Source: an uncultured Actinomycetota bacterium
GTDB taxonomy: Bacteria; Actinomycetota; Actinomycetes; Propionibacteriales; Nocardioidaceae
DNA length: 64,000 nt
Reading direction: 5' to 3'
Assembly (NCBI GenBank): GCA_963728775.1
Contig: CAVSLP010000009.1
Coordinates: 1,429 to 65,428, forward strand
The position numbers were made by a program, and so were the translations under genes. The notes under the pieces were generated by a model. The model was not told where the DNA came from. It searched no databases and saw only the letters and a list, made by a program, of their open reading frames with translations. This document shows, piece by piece, positions 36,206 to 44,921 of this stretch. Within the stretch, counting starts at the first letter, position 1, and the number at the start of each line of letters is the position of its first letter.

Positions 36206-37473
36206 GGGGGGCGCCCGGGGCGGGCGGGCTGAGCCGGCGCGGCCTGCTCGGCGTCGCCGGCGCCGGGGCGACCGCGGGGGTGGCGGGCTTCGCCGGTGGC
36301 CGGCAGACCGCCGGTGACGCGGAGCCGGGGCCCGCGTCGGGCCGCTACCCGTTCCACGGGCCGCACCAGGCCGGCATCGTCACCCCGGCACAGGACCGAC
36401 TGCACTTCGCCGCCTTCGACGTCACCGCCGCCGGCCGCGGCGAGCTGGTCCGGCTGCTGCGGGCGTGGACCGCGGCGGCCGCGGCGATGACCCGCGGCCG
36501 TCCGGTGGGCGGCGGCACCGCGCTGCCGTACGACGCGCCACCCGCCGACACCGGCGAGGCGACCGGGCTGCCGGCCGCCGGGCTCACGCTGACCTTCGGC
36601 TTCGGGCCCTCGCTGTTCCGCGACGCGCACGGCAGCGACCGGTTCGGCATCGCGGACCGCCGGCCCGCGGCGCTGCGCCGGCTCCCGCACTTCCCCGGCG
36701 ACATGCTGGAGGAGGCCCGCAGCGACGGGGACCTGTGCGTGCAGGCGTGCGCCGACGACCCCCAGGTGGCGGTGCACGCGATCCGCAACCTGTCCCGGAT
36801 CGGCTTCGGCACCGCGGCCCTGCGCTGGGCGCAGCTCGGCTTCGGGCGTACGTCGTCCACGTCGACGTCGCAGGCCACGCCGCGCAACCTGCTCGGGTTC
36901 AAGGACGGCACCGCCAACCTGAAGGCCGAGCAGGCCGACCTGGTCGACGAGCACGTCTGGGTCGCGCCGGGCGACGACCCGGGCGCGGAGTGGCTGGCCG
37001 GCGGGTCCTACCTGGTCGCGCGCCGGATCAACATGACCATCGAGACCTGGGACCGGGCGTCGCTGCGCGAGCAGGAGGGTCTGGTCGGCCGGGACCGGGC
37101 ACACGGGGCACCGCTCTCGGGCGGCGGGGAGTTCACCGCTCCCGACTTCACCCGCAGGGGCGCCGACGGGACGCCGCTGATCCCGATGGACGCGCACGTC
37201 CGGCTGGCGCACCCGAGCCGCAACCACGGCGCGCGGCTGCTGCGCCGGGGCTACAACTTCACCGACGGGAACGACCCGCTCGGCCGGCTGGACGCCGGGC
37301 TGTTCTTCCTCGCCTACGTCCGGGACCCGGACACCCAGTACCTCCCGATGCAGACCCGGCTGGCCCGCGACGACGGTCTCGCCGAGTACCTCCGGCACAC
37401 CGGGTCGGGGCTGTTCGCGGTGCCGCCCGGCGTGCGCCCGGGCGGCTTCGTCGGCGAGCCCCTGTTCGCTTGA
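36202..37473 (+). CDS. efeB: Dyp-type peroxidase / deferrochelatase EfeB with Tat signal
   Basis: ATGA overlap with efeO. SRRGLLGVAGAGA is a Tat leader. FHGPHQAGIVTP, FKDGTANL and LLRRGYNF are Dyp motifs. Confidence 0.9.
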   Translation: MRGAPGAGGLSRRGLLGVAGAGATAGVAGFAGGRQTAGDAEPGPASGRYPFHGPHQAGIVTPAQDRLHFAAFDVTAAGRGELVRLLRAWTAAAAAMTRGRPVGGGTALPYDAPPADTGEATGLPAAGLTLTFGFGPSLFRDAHGSDRFGIADRRPAALRRLPHFPGDMLEEARSDGDLCVQACADDPQVAVHAIRNLSRIGFGTAALRWAQLGFGRTSSTSTSQATPRNLLGFKDGTANLKAEQADLVDEHVWVAPGDDPGAEWLAGGSYLVARRINMTIETWDRASLREQEGLVGRDRAHGAPLSGGGEFTAPDFTRRGADGTPLIPMDAHVRLAHPSRNHGARLLRRGYNFTDGNDPLGRLDAGLFFLAYVRDPDTQYLPMQTRLARDDGLAEYLRHTGSGLFAVPPGVRPGGFVGEPLFA

Positions 37474-37480
37474 CGCCCCC

Positions 37481-37528
37481 GGACGTCATACGAACTGGTC
37501 GCTATGACAGCCACCTCGTATGACGTCC
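37481..37528. repeat. palindromic intergenic element, family GGACGTCATA-N28-TATGACGTCC (copy A)
   Basis: 10-bp perfect arms with a 28-nt spacer, between the convergent efeB and transglycosylase stops. The arms are identical and the spacer is 22/28 identical to the copy at 58996-59043. Confidence 0.9.
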
Positions 37529-37539
37529 CGTGGCGCGGC

Positions 37540-38976
37540 TCAGTGCGGGAAGGAGCCGTCGGCGTTGCGGTAGCCGGTGCCGTTGATGGTGTAGACGACC
37601 GCCGGGGCCGTGCCCTTGCCGACCTGCAGGTCCACCGTGCTGCCGACCAGCCCGGCCAGCTCGGCCAGGTTGGACTCCACGGTCCCGTCACCATCCAGGT
37701 CGGCGACCGCCGTGGCGGCCAGCTGCGCGTCGGGCCCGAGGTCCAGGGTGGTCGTGCCGACGCACCAGGTCGGCCCGCACGCCGTCAGCGGACCCGACAG
37801 CCCGACCAGCACCGGCGCCGGCTGTGACGGAGAGGGCGACGGGGACTTGCTCGGCGACGGCGTCTTGCTCGGCGACGGGGTCGAGGTCTTCGTGGGCGAC
37901 GGCTTGGGCGAGGCGGTCTTCACCTGCGGCGTGGTCTGGGACTTGGCCGTCGGCTTCGACGCGGCCTTGTGGTGGGCCTTCCGGGTGTGCCGGTGCACGG
38001 CGTGCTTCGCGTGCTTCTTGGCGTGCCGCTTCGGGTGCTGGTGGTGCGCCTTCACCGCGGCCGCGGGGGGCGCCGGCGGGGACGGGATCACGAACACACC
38101 GGTGCGGTAGCCGCGCTCGAACGCCATCACCAGCGCGACGTAGTAGTCCGACGGGTTGTAGCGGAAGATCGCGGCCCGCATCCCCGCGTCGGTCAGCACG
38201 CTGCCCGAGCCGGAGCACAGGTAGTACGCGGCGGCCAGCGCCGCGTCGTCGATGTCGTTGGGGTCCGCGACGCCGTTGCCGTCACCGTCGCGCCCGGCGT
38301 AGGCCCAGGTCGAGGGGATGAACTGCATCGGCCCGACCGCCCGGTCCCACACCTTGTCGTGGTCGAACCGGCCGTTGTCGGTGTCGTGGATCGCCGCGAC
38401 CGGGCCGCGGCCGTTCAGGGCCACGCCGATGATCGTCGGGCGGGGCACCCCGTCGTTGCCGAGCACCGCGCCGCCGTACCGGCCGTGGTCGGACTCCACC
38501 CGCCCGATGCCGGCCAGCAGCGTCCAGGGCAGCTGGCACGCGGGATCCGCGACCGCCAGCTTGGCCGCGGCGTTCTTGTAGGCGCGCATCGCGGCCGACG
38601 GCAGGTCGTGCTCGGCGAGCGCGCTCGCGGTCCACACGTGCCCGCCCCGGGGCCCCTCGATCCGGATCTTGCGCCTGCTGTTGGCACGCAGCCGCCCCTC
38701 GATCACGGTCTGCGGCTCGATCTGCTGCGGCGGCGGGTGGTCCCCGAACCGGGAGCTGCGGTCGACGGTCTCCATGCCGGGACCGACCGGCAGCGTCCGC
38801 CCGTCCGCCGACGGGTCCAGCAGCGGCGCCGTCCGCATCGTGGCGTGACCCACGACGCCGGCACGACCCGCCGTGCTGTCCGTCACCGACGTGGCCACCG
38901 GGCCGACCGCCAGGGGTGCCAGCGTGACCGCCAGCGCCGTCGTCAACCGCGCGCCGACGCGCATCCGCAACCGCAT
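37540..38976 (-). CDS. secreted lytic transglycosylase (MltB/SLT_2-like) with His/Lys-rich, Pro/Ser/Thr-rich and unknown C-terminal modules
   Basis: Signal peptide, then LLAGIGRVESDHGRYGG...AVGPMQFIPSTW..YG.D.DGNG..DP.DIDDAALAAAYYL is the catalytic domain. The C-terminal 173 aa are non-catalytic. Confidence 0.85.
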   Translation of the reverse strand: MRLRMRVGARLTTALAVTLAPLAVGPVATSVTDSTAGRAGVVGHATMRTAPLLDPSADGRTLPVGPGMETVDRSSRFGDHPPPQQIEPQTVIEGRLRANSRRKIRIEGPRGGHVWTASALAEHDLPSAAMRAYKNAAAKLAVADPACQLPWTLLAGIGRVESDHGRYGGAVLGNDGVPRPTIIGVALNGRGPVAAIHDTDNGRFDHDKVWDRAVGPMQFIPSTWAYAGRDGDGNGVADPNDIDDAALAAAYYLCSGSGSVLTDAGMRAAIFRYNPSDYYVALVMAFERGYRTGVFVIPSPPAPPAAAVKAHHQHPKRHAKKHAKHAVHRHTRKAHHKAASKPTAKSQTTPQVKTASPKPSPTKTSTPSPSKTPSPSKSPSPSPSQPAPVLVGLSGPLTACGPTWCVGTTTLDLGPDAQLAATAVADLDGDGTVESNLAELAGLVGSTVDLQVGKGTAPAVVYTINGTGYRNADGSFPH

Positions 38977-39084
38977 GAGCCCGTGTCCCTCGTCAAGTAC
39001 CCCGATGGCTCAAGGCTAAAGGGAGGCCGGCGGACCGAAGCGCCGGATTCGCGACAATGACCCGAACGGGTCAGGGGCGGCTGC

Positions 39085-40284
39085 TCAGCCGACCGGTTCG
39101 TCCCTGGTCACCGTGAAGGTGATCCCGGCCTTCACCAGCCGGCGGACCAGGTTGTCGCCCATCGCCGCCGCGGTGGTGACCTGGCCCGCGGTCGCCGGGT
39201 TGTCGTCGAACGCCAGCGAGAGCGCCGACTCGGCCAGCATCTTCGCCGTCTCGGTGTAGCCCGGGTCGCCGCCGGCCACCTCCGTGCACACCCGGCGGCC
39301 GCCGCCCTCGCCGATGAACTGCACGGTGAACCACGACCTCGCCCGGCGCTCCTCGCTGGGCCCCTGGCCCTGCGGGACCCGGCTGAGCAGCAGCTTGCGC
39401 AGCGGCGGCAGCTGGGCCGCGGCGGCCAGCGCCCCGACCCCGGCGATGCCGGCGACCAGGGTCGGCAGCCGCTTCACGGCCGCGTAGTGGGAGTAGGTGA
39501 AGTCCGGCCCGTAGCGCTCGAGCGCCGCGGCGGAGCGCTTCACCACGAACGGGTCGATGGTCGGCAGCGGCACCAGCCAGTAGCCGGCCTCCGCGTCGTG
39601 GTGCGGGCGGCGGGCCGTGGTGTGCACCTTGCGTCCCTCCGGTCGCGGCTCGACCCGGCGGCGCTCGGCCATCGCCCGCTTCATCTGCGGCCCCCGGGAC
39701 ATCGCGGTCATCGCCGAGGCGAACGTGCCGCCGGAGAACGTCGCGTTGCTGCGGACGTAGCCGCGCACCCGCAGGGGCACCCCCTCGGGCAGCTGCTCGA
39801 CGGTGAACAGCGCGCCGAGGTCGTGCGGGATCGAGTCGAACCCGCAGGCGTGCACGATCCGGGCGCCCGAGTCCACCGCCTGCTGGTGGTGGCGGACATA
39901 CATCCGGTCCACGAACTCCGGCTCACCGGTCAGGTCCACGTAGTCCGTGCCCGCGGCCGCGCAGGCGGCCACCAGCGGCTCGCCGTGCTCGAGGTAGGGG
40001 CCCACGGTGGTGATCACCACCCGCGCCCGGTCCGCGACCTCCCGGAGGGAGGCGGGCTCGGCCGCGTCGGCGTGCAGCAGCGGCAGGTCGGCCAGCCCGG
40101 GGTCGACGGTCGCCAACCGGTCGCGCACCGCCTCGAGCCGGGCCTGGTTGCGGCCGGCGAGCGCCCACCGGCAGCCGGCGGGGACGTTGCCCGCGAGGTA
40201 GTCCGCGGTCAGGCCACCGGTGTAGCCGGTGGCGCCGAACAGCACGATGTCGAAGTCACGGCCGGTCGTCGACTGGTCGGGCAC
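39085..40284 (-). CDS. saccharopine dehydrogenase family NAD(P)-binding protein (trans-acting enoyl reductase-like)
   Basis: GTG at 40284 with GGAGGAG upstream: VPDQSTTGRDFDIVLFGATGYTGGLTADYL... This is only the C-terminal 399 codons of the 1895-aa track ORF. Confidence 0.8.
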   Translation of the reverse strand: MPDQSTTGRDFDIVLFGATGYTGGLTADYLAGNVPAGCRWALAGRNQARLEAVRDRLATVDPGLADLPLLHADAAEPASLREVADRARVVITTVGPYLEHGEPLVAACAAAGTDYVDLTGEPEFVDRMYVRHHQQAVDSGARIVHACGFDSIPHDLGALFTVEQLPEGVPLRVRGYVRSNATFSGGTFASAMTAMSRGPQMKRAMAERRRVEPRPEGRKVHTTARRPHHDAEAGYWLVPLPTIDPFVVKRSAAALERYGPDFTYSHYAAVKRLPTLVAGIAGVGALAAAAQLPPLRKLLLSRVPQGQGPSEERRARSWFTVQFIGEGGGRRVCTEVAGGDPGYTETAKMLAESALSLAFDDNPATAGQVTTAAAMGDNLVRRLVKAGITFTVTRDEPVG

Positions 40285-40389
40285 GTCGCTCTCCTCCGGG
40301 GCTCGGGGTGGTCCGCCCACTCTGCCAGGGGAACCGGCCGGCGGATACGTGCGTCCCATCACAGCAACCGCTGCAGGACGGAGACCGTG

Positions 40390-42315
40390 ATGACCACTCG
40401 ACGCACCGTGGCCGGGCTCGGGCTCGGCGCCACCGCCCTCGCCACCTGCGCCCTGCTCGCCACCGGCACGGTCGGCGGCACGGTCGGCGGCGCGGGCCTG
40501 CAGGCGCGGACCGGGGGTCTGCTCGGCGCGCCCGCCGCGGTCGCCGACGAGCTGCCGGCCTTCGCCGACTGCGCCCGGCTGCGGCAGTGGTACGTCGACC
40601 GTGCGCTGCCGCACGTCGGCCCGTGGGGGTTCGACGTCGGCGGGCCGGTGGCCTACCTGGACGGGACGCGCACGGCCGCCCCGGTGCCCGGCCAGGCGGT
40701 GCCGCTCGCCGGCGCGGCCACCGGCACCACCGGCCCCGCGGGCACCGAGCGGGCCGTCGGCAGCAGCCCGACCGGCACCAACGTGCAGGAGGCCGGGGTC
40801 GACGAGCCGGACACCGCCAAGACCGACGGGACGGTCCTGGTCCGGGTCCGGGGCCGGTCCGTGGTGGTGGCCGACGTCGCCTCGGACCGGCCCCGCGAGC
40901 TGTCCCGGCTGCGGATCCCGGGGCCGCGGCTGCAGAACCCGGAGCTGCTGCTGGTCGGGCACACGGTGCTGGTGCTCGGCGACGAGCAGACCTTCTGGGG
41001 CGGGCCGGTGCCGCTGCTCCGCTCCGCGCCCGACCGTCCCGCCCCGGCCCCCGGGCGGGTCGCGCTGCCGGTCCGGCCGCAGCCCGGCCGCGTGCACCTG
41101 GTGAGCATCGACATCACCGACCCGGCCGCCCCGCGGGTGACCAGCGACCAGCGCGTCGACGGCGGGCTGGTCAGCGCCCGCGAGTACGGCGACGGCACCG
41201 TGCGCGCGGTGCTGAGCACCGGGTTCCCGCCGCTCGACTTCGTCTACCCCAACCGGGACCGCACCCGCCGCGAGGCCCGCCGGGAGAACCGCCGGATCGT
41301 CCGGGCCGCCCCGCTCGACGCCTGGCTGCCCGGGATCCGGTCCGCCGGCGGCCCGCGGCACCCGCTGCTCGGCTGCCCGGAGGTGCGGCACCCGCGGCAC
41401 CGCTCCGGCTTCGGCACGATCAGCGTGCTCACCCTCGACCCGGCCGCCCCGACGTCGTACACCGCCACCGCGGTGACCGCCGCCGGCGACCTGGCCTACT
41501 CCTCCGCGACCCGGCTCTACGTGGCGACCGCCGGCGGTCCGGGCACCCAGGTGCACGCGTTCGCGCTCGACGGCGGCTCGACGTCGTACCTCACCAGCGG
41601 GACGGTGCCCGGCACCGTGCGCGACCGCTGGTCGTTCTCCGAGTACGACGGGCACCTGCGCGTCGCGACGGCGCTCGGGGGCGGGTGGCAGCCCCGGGAG
41701 AACGCGGTGGTCGTGCTCGACGGCGCGCTGCGCGTCGTGGGCCGGGTCGGCGGCCTCGGGCGCGGGGAGCGGATCCAGTCGGTGCGCTGGTTCGACGACC
41801 TCGCGGTGCTGGTGACCTTCCGGCAGACCGACCCGCTCTACACCCTCGACCTGTCCTCGCCCACCCGCCCGCGGCTGGTCGGGACGTTGCGGATCCCCGG
41901 GTACTCCAGCTACCTGCACCCGCTCGGCGGCGACCTGCTGCTCGGCGTCGGCCAGGACGCCACGGGCTCGGGGCGGGTCCTCGGCGCGCAGGCCGCCACC
42001 TTCGACCTGCGCGACCCGCGCCGGGTCCGCCGGACGGCGGTGCTGGGTCTCGGGGCGGGCACCGAGTCGGTGGTCGGCGCGGACCCGCGGGCGTTCACCT
42101 ACCTGCCCGGACCGCGGGTGGCGCTGCTGCCGGTCACCCGGTGGCGCGACGGGTCGACCCGGGTCGTCGCGGTCACGGTCGGCGCCGACGGGTCGCTGCG
42201 GGCGGGCCGGTCCTGGCCGGTGCGAGGCTGGCAGGCGGGGGTGCGCGCCCTCCCGCTCGGTGGGGACCGGGTGGCGCTCGTGGCCGGCGGGATCCGGGTG
42301 CTGCACGTCGGATGA
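40390..42315 (+). CDS. secreted beta-propeller domain protein (Beta_propel family-like)
   Basis: ATG at 40390, signal peptide, TNVQEAGVDEPD..KTDG, and ...VRWFDDLAVLVTFRQTDPLYTLDLSSPTRPRLVGTLRIPGYSSYLHPLG, typical of that family. Confidence 0.75.
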   Translation: MTTRRTVAGLGLGATALATCALLATGTVGGTVGGAGLQARTGGLLGAPAAVADELPAFADCARLRQWYVDRALPHVGPWGFDVGGPVAYLDGTRTAAPVPGQAVPLAGAATGTTGPAGTERAVGSSPTGTNVQEAGVDEPDTAKTDGTVLVRVRGRSVVVADVASDRPRELSRLRIPGPRLQNPELLLVGHTVLVLGDEQTFWGGPVPLLRSAPDRPAPAPGRVALPVRPQPGRVHLVSIDITDPAAPRVTSDQRVDGGLVSAREYGDGTVRAVLSTGFPPLDFVYPNRDRTRREARRENRRIVRAAPLDAWLPGIRSAGGPRHPLLGCPEVRHPRHRSGFGTISVLTLDPAAPTSYTATAVTAAGDLAYSSATRLYVATAGGPGTQVHAFALDGGSTSYLTSGTVPGTVRDRWSFSEYDGHLRVATALGGGWQPRENAVVVLDGALRVVGRVGGLGRGERIQSVRWFDDLAVLVTFRQTDPLYTLDLSSPTRPRLVGTLRIPGYSSYLHPLGGDLLLGVGQDATGSGRVLGAQAATFDLRDPRRVRRTAVLGLGAGTESVVGADPRAFTYLPGPRVALLPVTRWRDGSTRVVAVTVGADGSLRAGRSWPVRGWQAGVRALPLGGDRVALVAGGIRVLHVG

Positions 42316-42331
42316 GTCGTAGGCTCGGGGC

Positions 42332-42598
42332 ATGTGCCGCAACATCCGTACCCTGCACAACTTCGAGCCGCCGGCCACCCACGACGAGGTGGCGGCGGCG
42401 GCGCTGCAGTACGTCCGCAAGGTCAGCGGGGCCGCGCGCCCCTCGGCGGCCAACCAGGCCGCGTTCGACCGCGGGGTGGCCGAGGTGGCCGCCGCGACGC
42501 AGCGACTGCTCGAAAGCCTCACCACGACCGCACCGCCGAAGGACCGCGCGGTGGAGGCCGCCAAGGCGAAGGCCCGCTCGGCGGCCCGGTTCGGCTGA
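42332..42598 (+). CDS. DUF2277-like small protein
   Basis: MCRNIRTLHNFEPPATHDEVAAAALQYVRKVSG is a conserved actinobacterial small-protein pattern. Confidence 0.7.
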   Translation: MCRNIRTLHNFEPPATHDEVAAAALQYVRKVSGAARPSAANQAAFDRGVAEVAAATQRLLESLTTTAPPKDRAVEAAKAKARSAARFG

Positions 42599-43200
42599 TG
42601 CCGGACCCGGGCGCCTCGGACCGGGTCGCGGCGGCCCTCGCCGCCGTGCCGCGCCGCGCGTTCCTGCCGCGCGAGCAGGTCCGGTTCGCCGCCCTGGACC
42701 GACCGCTGCCGATCGGGCACGGGCAGACCAACAGCCAGCCGACCACGGTGCGCGAGATGCTCGCGCTGCTCGACGTGCGACCCGGGCAGCGGGTGCTCGA
42801 CGTGGGCTGCGGCTCCGGGTGGACCACGGCGCTGCTCGCCCACCTCGTCGGCCCGGCCGGCACGGTGCGCGGCGTCGAGATCGTGCCCGGGCTCGTGGAC
42901 CTCGGGCGCACCCACCTGGCCGCCCTGCCCCGTGCCGACGACCGTGGGGCGGCCGTCATCAGCCGGGCGGCCCCGGGCGTGCTCGGCCTGCCGGACGAGG
43001 CGCCGTTCGACCGGATCCTGGTCTCGGCCGGGGCCGCCGCGCTTCCCCGGGAGCTGGTCGACCAGCTCCGCGTCGGCGGCGTGCTCGTGGCACCGGTCGC
43101 CGGCTGCATGACGCGGGTCCGTCGCGGCGAGACCGACCTGGACGTCGTACGGCTGGGGGCGTACTCGTTCGTGCCGCTCCTTGACGGACCGGCGGGCTAG
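42598..43200 (+). CDS. pcm: protein-L-isoaspartate O-methyltransferase
   Basis: ATG overlaps the previous stop (TGATG). PRRAFLP...IGHGQTNSQPTTVREMLALLDVRPGQRVLDVGCGSGWTTALLAHLVG...ILVSAGA...P..L..QL..GG.LV.PV. Confidence 0.85.
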   Translation: MPDPGASDRVAAALAAVPRRAFLPREQVRFAALDRPLPIGHGQTNSQPTTVREMLALLDVRPGQRVLDVGCGSGWTTALLAHLVGPAGTVRGVEIVPGLVDLGRTHLAALPRADDRGAAVISRAAPGVLGLPDEAPFDRILVSAGAAALPRELVDQLRVGGVLVAPVAGCMTRVRRGETDLDVVRLGAYSFVPLLDGPAG

Positions 43201-43847
43201 AAGACCGGCTGCCGCTCGAGCTCGCGCTTGTGCTCGGCGGAGACCGCGGCGGTCGCGACGCCGGTGAAGCCGACCGCCAGGGCGAGCACCTGGACCGCCA
43301 TCCCGACGCGGCCGAGGTGCGCGTTGAACGGCGCGAGCAGCAGGAAGAGCAGGAACAGGCCCGGCACCCACTTGGGCGTCTTGCGGGAGACGAACAGGGC
43401 GATCGCCACCAGCAGCACGCCGAGGTAGAAGCCGCCGATCCAGCCGTACAGGAAGATGCTCAGCCCGGCGTCGTGCGTCATCTGGTCGAGGTTCTTGCCC
43501 TTCAGCAGGTCCTCGTTGACCAGCGCGCGGAAGAACACCATCAGCATCGAGTAGCCGGACAGCCCGATCGCGCCGACCGCGAAGACCCCGACCGCGAGCA
43601 GCCCCAGCCTGCGCCCGCGCCGCGCGAACAGCGACAGCAGCGCGGGCAGCCCGAGGGCGAGGGTGATCGAGGCGAGGAAGAACATCACGGCCATCCCGAG
43701 CCAGCGGCCCCCGGAGTTCTCCACCACGCGCAGCGTCGCGCCCGCGTCCTGGCTGCCCGACGCCGGGTTGAGCAGGGTGCCGAGCACCAGCGACATCGCG
43801 CCGATCACCAAGGCAGACGCGGAGATCGGGAGCCAGTCGGTGCGCAT
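43197..43847 (-). CDS. hypothetical integral membrane protein (about 6 TM)
   Basis: ATG at 43847: MRTDWLPISASALVIGAMSLVLGTLL... It is hydrophobic throughout with high GC3. Confidence 0.6.
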   Translation of the reverse strand: MRTDWLPISASALVIGAMSLVLGTLLNPASGSQDAGATLRVVENSGGRWLGMAVMFFLASITLALGLPALLSLFARRGRRLGLLAVGVFAVGAIGLSGYSMLMVFFRALVNEDLLKGKNLDQMTHDAGLSIFLYGWIGGFYLGVLLVAIALFVSRKTPKWVPGLFLLFLLLAPFNAHLGRVGMAVQVLALAVGFTGVATAAVSAEHKRELERQPVF

Positions 43848-43974
43848 GCGGCAAGGGTATGGCCGCGCTTCGCGCGGAACAGACACGTCGCCGACCAAAC
43901 GGCCCCGGTGGACGCCAATTGAACCCGATATGACTATGTTCTTCCCACCCGACTGGGGTCGTACCCTGGTCCCG

Positions 43975-44841
43975 ATGGTCCAGTCCACTGTGCCCAGCAC
44001 CGCCGCCCATGACGTCCAGGCGGCGATAGCCCTTCTGCGCGGGCGACCGATCCTGGCGCTGACCGGCGCCGGGATCAGCACCGACTCCGGCATCCCGGAC
44101 TACCGCGGCCCGGGCTCGCCGGCGCGGACCCCGATGACCTACCAGGAGTTCGCGTCCGGGGCGGCCGCGCAGCAGCGCTACTGGGCCCGCTCGCACCTCG
44201 GCTGGACCCGGATGGCCCGCGCGGCCCCGAACCCCGGCCACCACGCGGTCGCCCGGCTGGAGGCCGCGGGCCGGGTCCGGATGCTGATCACCCAGAACGT
44301 CGACGGCCTGCACGAGTCCGCCGGGTCGCGGGCGGTGTGCGCGCTGCACGGCCGGATCGCCGACGTGGTCTGCCTGGGCTGCCGGTCGCGCACCGCCCGC
44401 GCGGCGCTGCACCGGCGGCTCGCGCTGCTCAACCCCGGGTGGGCCGAGCGGCACGCGGGCGCCGAGGTCCGCCCGGACGGGGACGTGCAGCTCGACGACG
44501 TGGCGGGGTTCGCGGTGCCCGGCTGCGAGTCCTGCGGCGGGGTGCTCAAACCCGACGTGGTGTTCTTCGGCGAGAACGTCCCGAAGGAGCGGGTGCTCCG
44601 CTGCTACGCCGCGGTCGAGCAGCTGCCGGCCGTCGGCGGGGCGCTGCTGGTGCTCGGGTCGTCGCTCACGGTGATGTCCGGCTTCCGGTTCGTGCGGCAC
44701 GCCGCCAAGCTCGACGTACCGGTGGTGATCGTCAACCGGGGCGCCACCCGCGCCGACGCCCTGGCCACTCACAAGCTCGACGTCGGCACCACCCCCTTCC
44801 TCGCCGAGTTGTCAGGCGCTGAGCACGCCGGGGCGGGCTGA
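43975..44841 (+). CDS. Sir2-family NAD-dependent protein deacylase
   Basis: ALTGAGISTDSGIPDYRGP, ITQNVDGLH, HG, C..C...C..C and GSSL motifs. ATG at 43975, with 43930 as an alternative. Confidence 0.88.
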   Translation: MVQSTVPSTAAHDVQAAIALLRGRPILALTGAGISTDSGIPDYRGPGSPARTPMTYQEFASGAAAQQRYWARSHLGWTRMARAAPNPGHHAVARLEAAGRVRMLITQNVDGLHESAGSRAVCALHGRIADVVCLGCRSRTARAALHRRLALLNPGWAERHAGAEVRPDGDVQLDDVAGFAVPGCESCGGVLKPDVVFFGENVPKERVLRCYAAVEQLPAVGGALLVLGSSLTVMSGFRFVRHAAKLDVPVVIVNRGATRADALATHKLDVGTTPFLAELSGAEHAGAG

Positions 44842-44857
44842 GCGCCTGACAACTCGG
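44804..44857. repeat. palindromic element CCGAGTTGTCAGGCGCT-N20-AGCGCCTGACAACTCGG (copy 1)
   Basis: 17-bp perfect stem with a 20-nt loop. It overlaps the last 12 codons and the stop of the Sir2 gene. A near-identical copy lies at 45845-45898. Confidence 0.92.
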
Positions 44858-44921
44858 TGGGTTGTCCACAGCTGGCCGGTGTCCCCTGGCGGTACGTCGA
44901 CCCGCGACCGATCGTGGCCGG

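Noticed and set aside
38977-39084. c-di-AMP (ydaO-type) riboswitch upstream of the lytic transglycosylase, as seen for rpf-type genes in actinobacteria
   Set aside because: The leader is only 108 nt. Apart from short strings (CGCGAATCC, GGGGTAC) I cannot reconstruct the pseudo-symmetric fold by eye. A covariance-model scan is needed before any call.
39085-44772. 1895-aa minus-strand ORF, the longest in the track
   Set aside because: Only its last 399 codons (39085-40284, from a GTG with a GGAGGAG SD) form a coherent protein, a saccharopine-dehydrogenase-like enzyme. The remainder is Arg/Pro/Gly-rich shadow sequence antisense to well-supported plus-strand genes (beta-propeller, DUF2277, pcm, Sir2).
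44862-44870. Perfect actinobacterial DnaA-box 9-mer TTGTCCACA just after hairpin copy 1
   Set aside because: It is a single isolated box with no cluster, no AT-rich unwinding element and no dnaA/dnaN context. It may be part of the inserted DUF559 unit but is not evidence for an origin.
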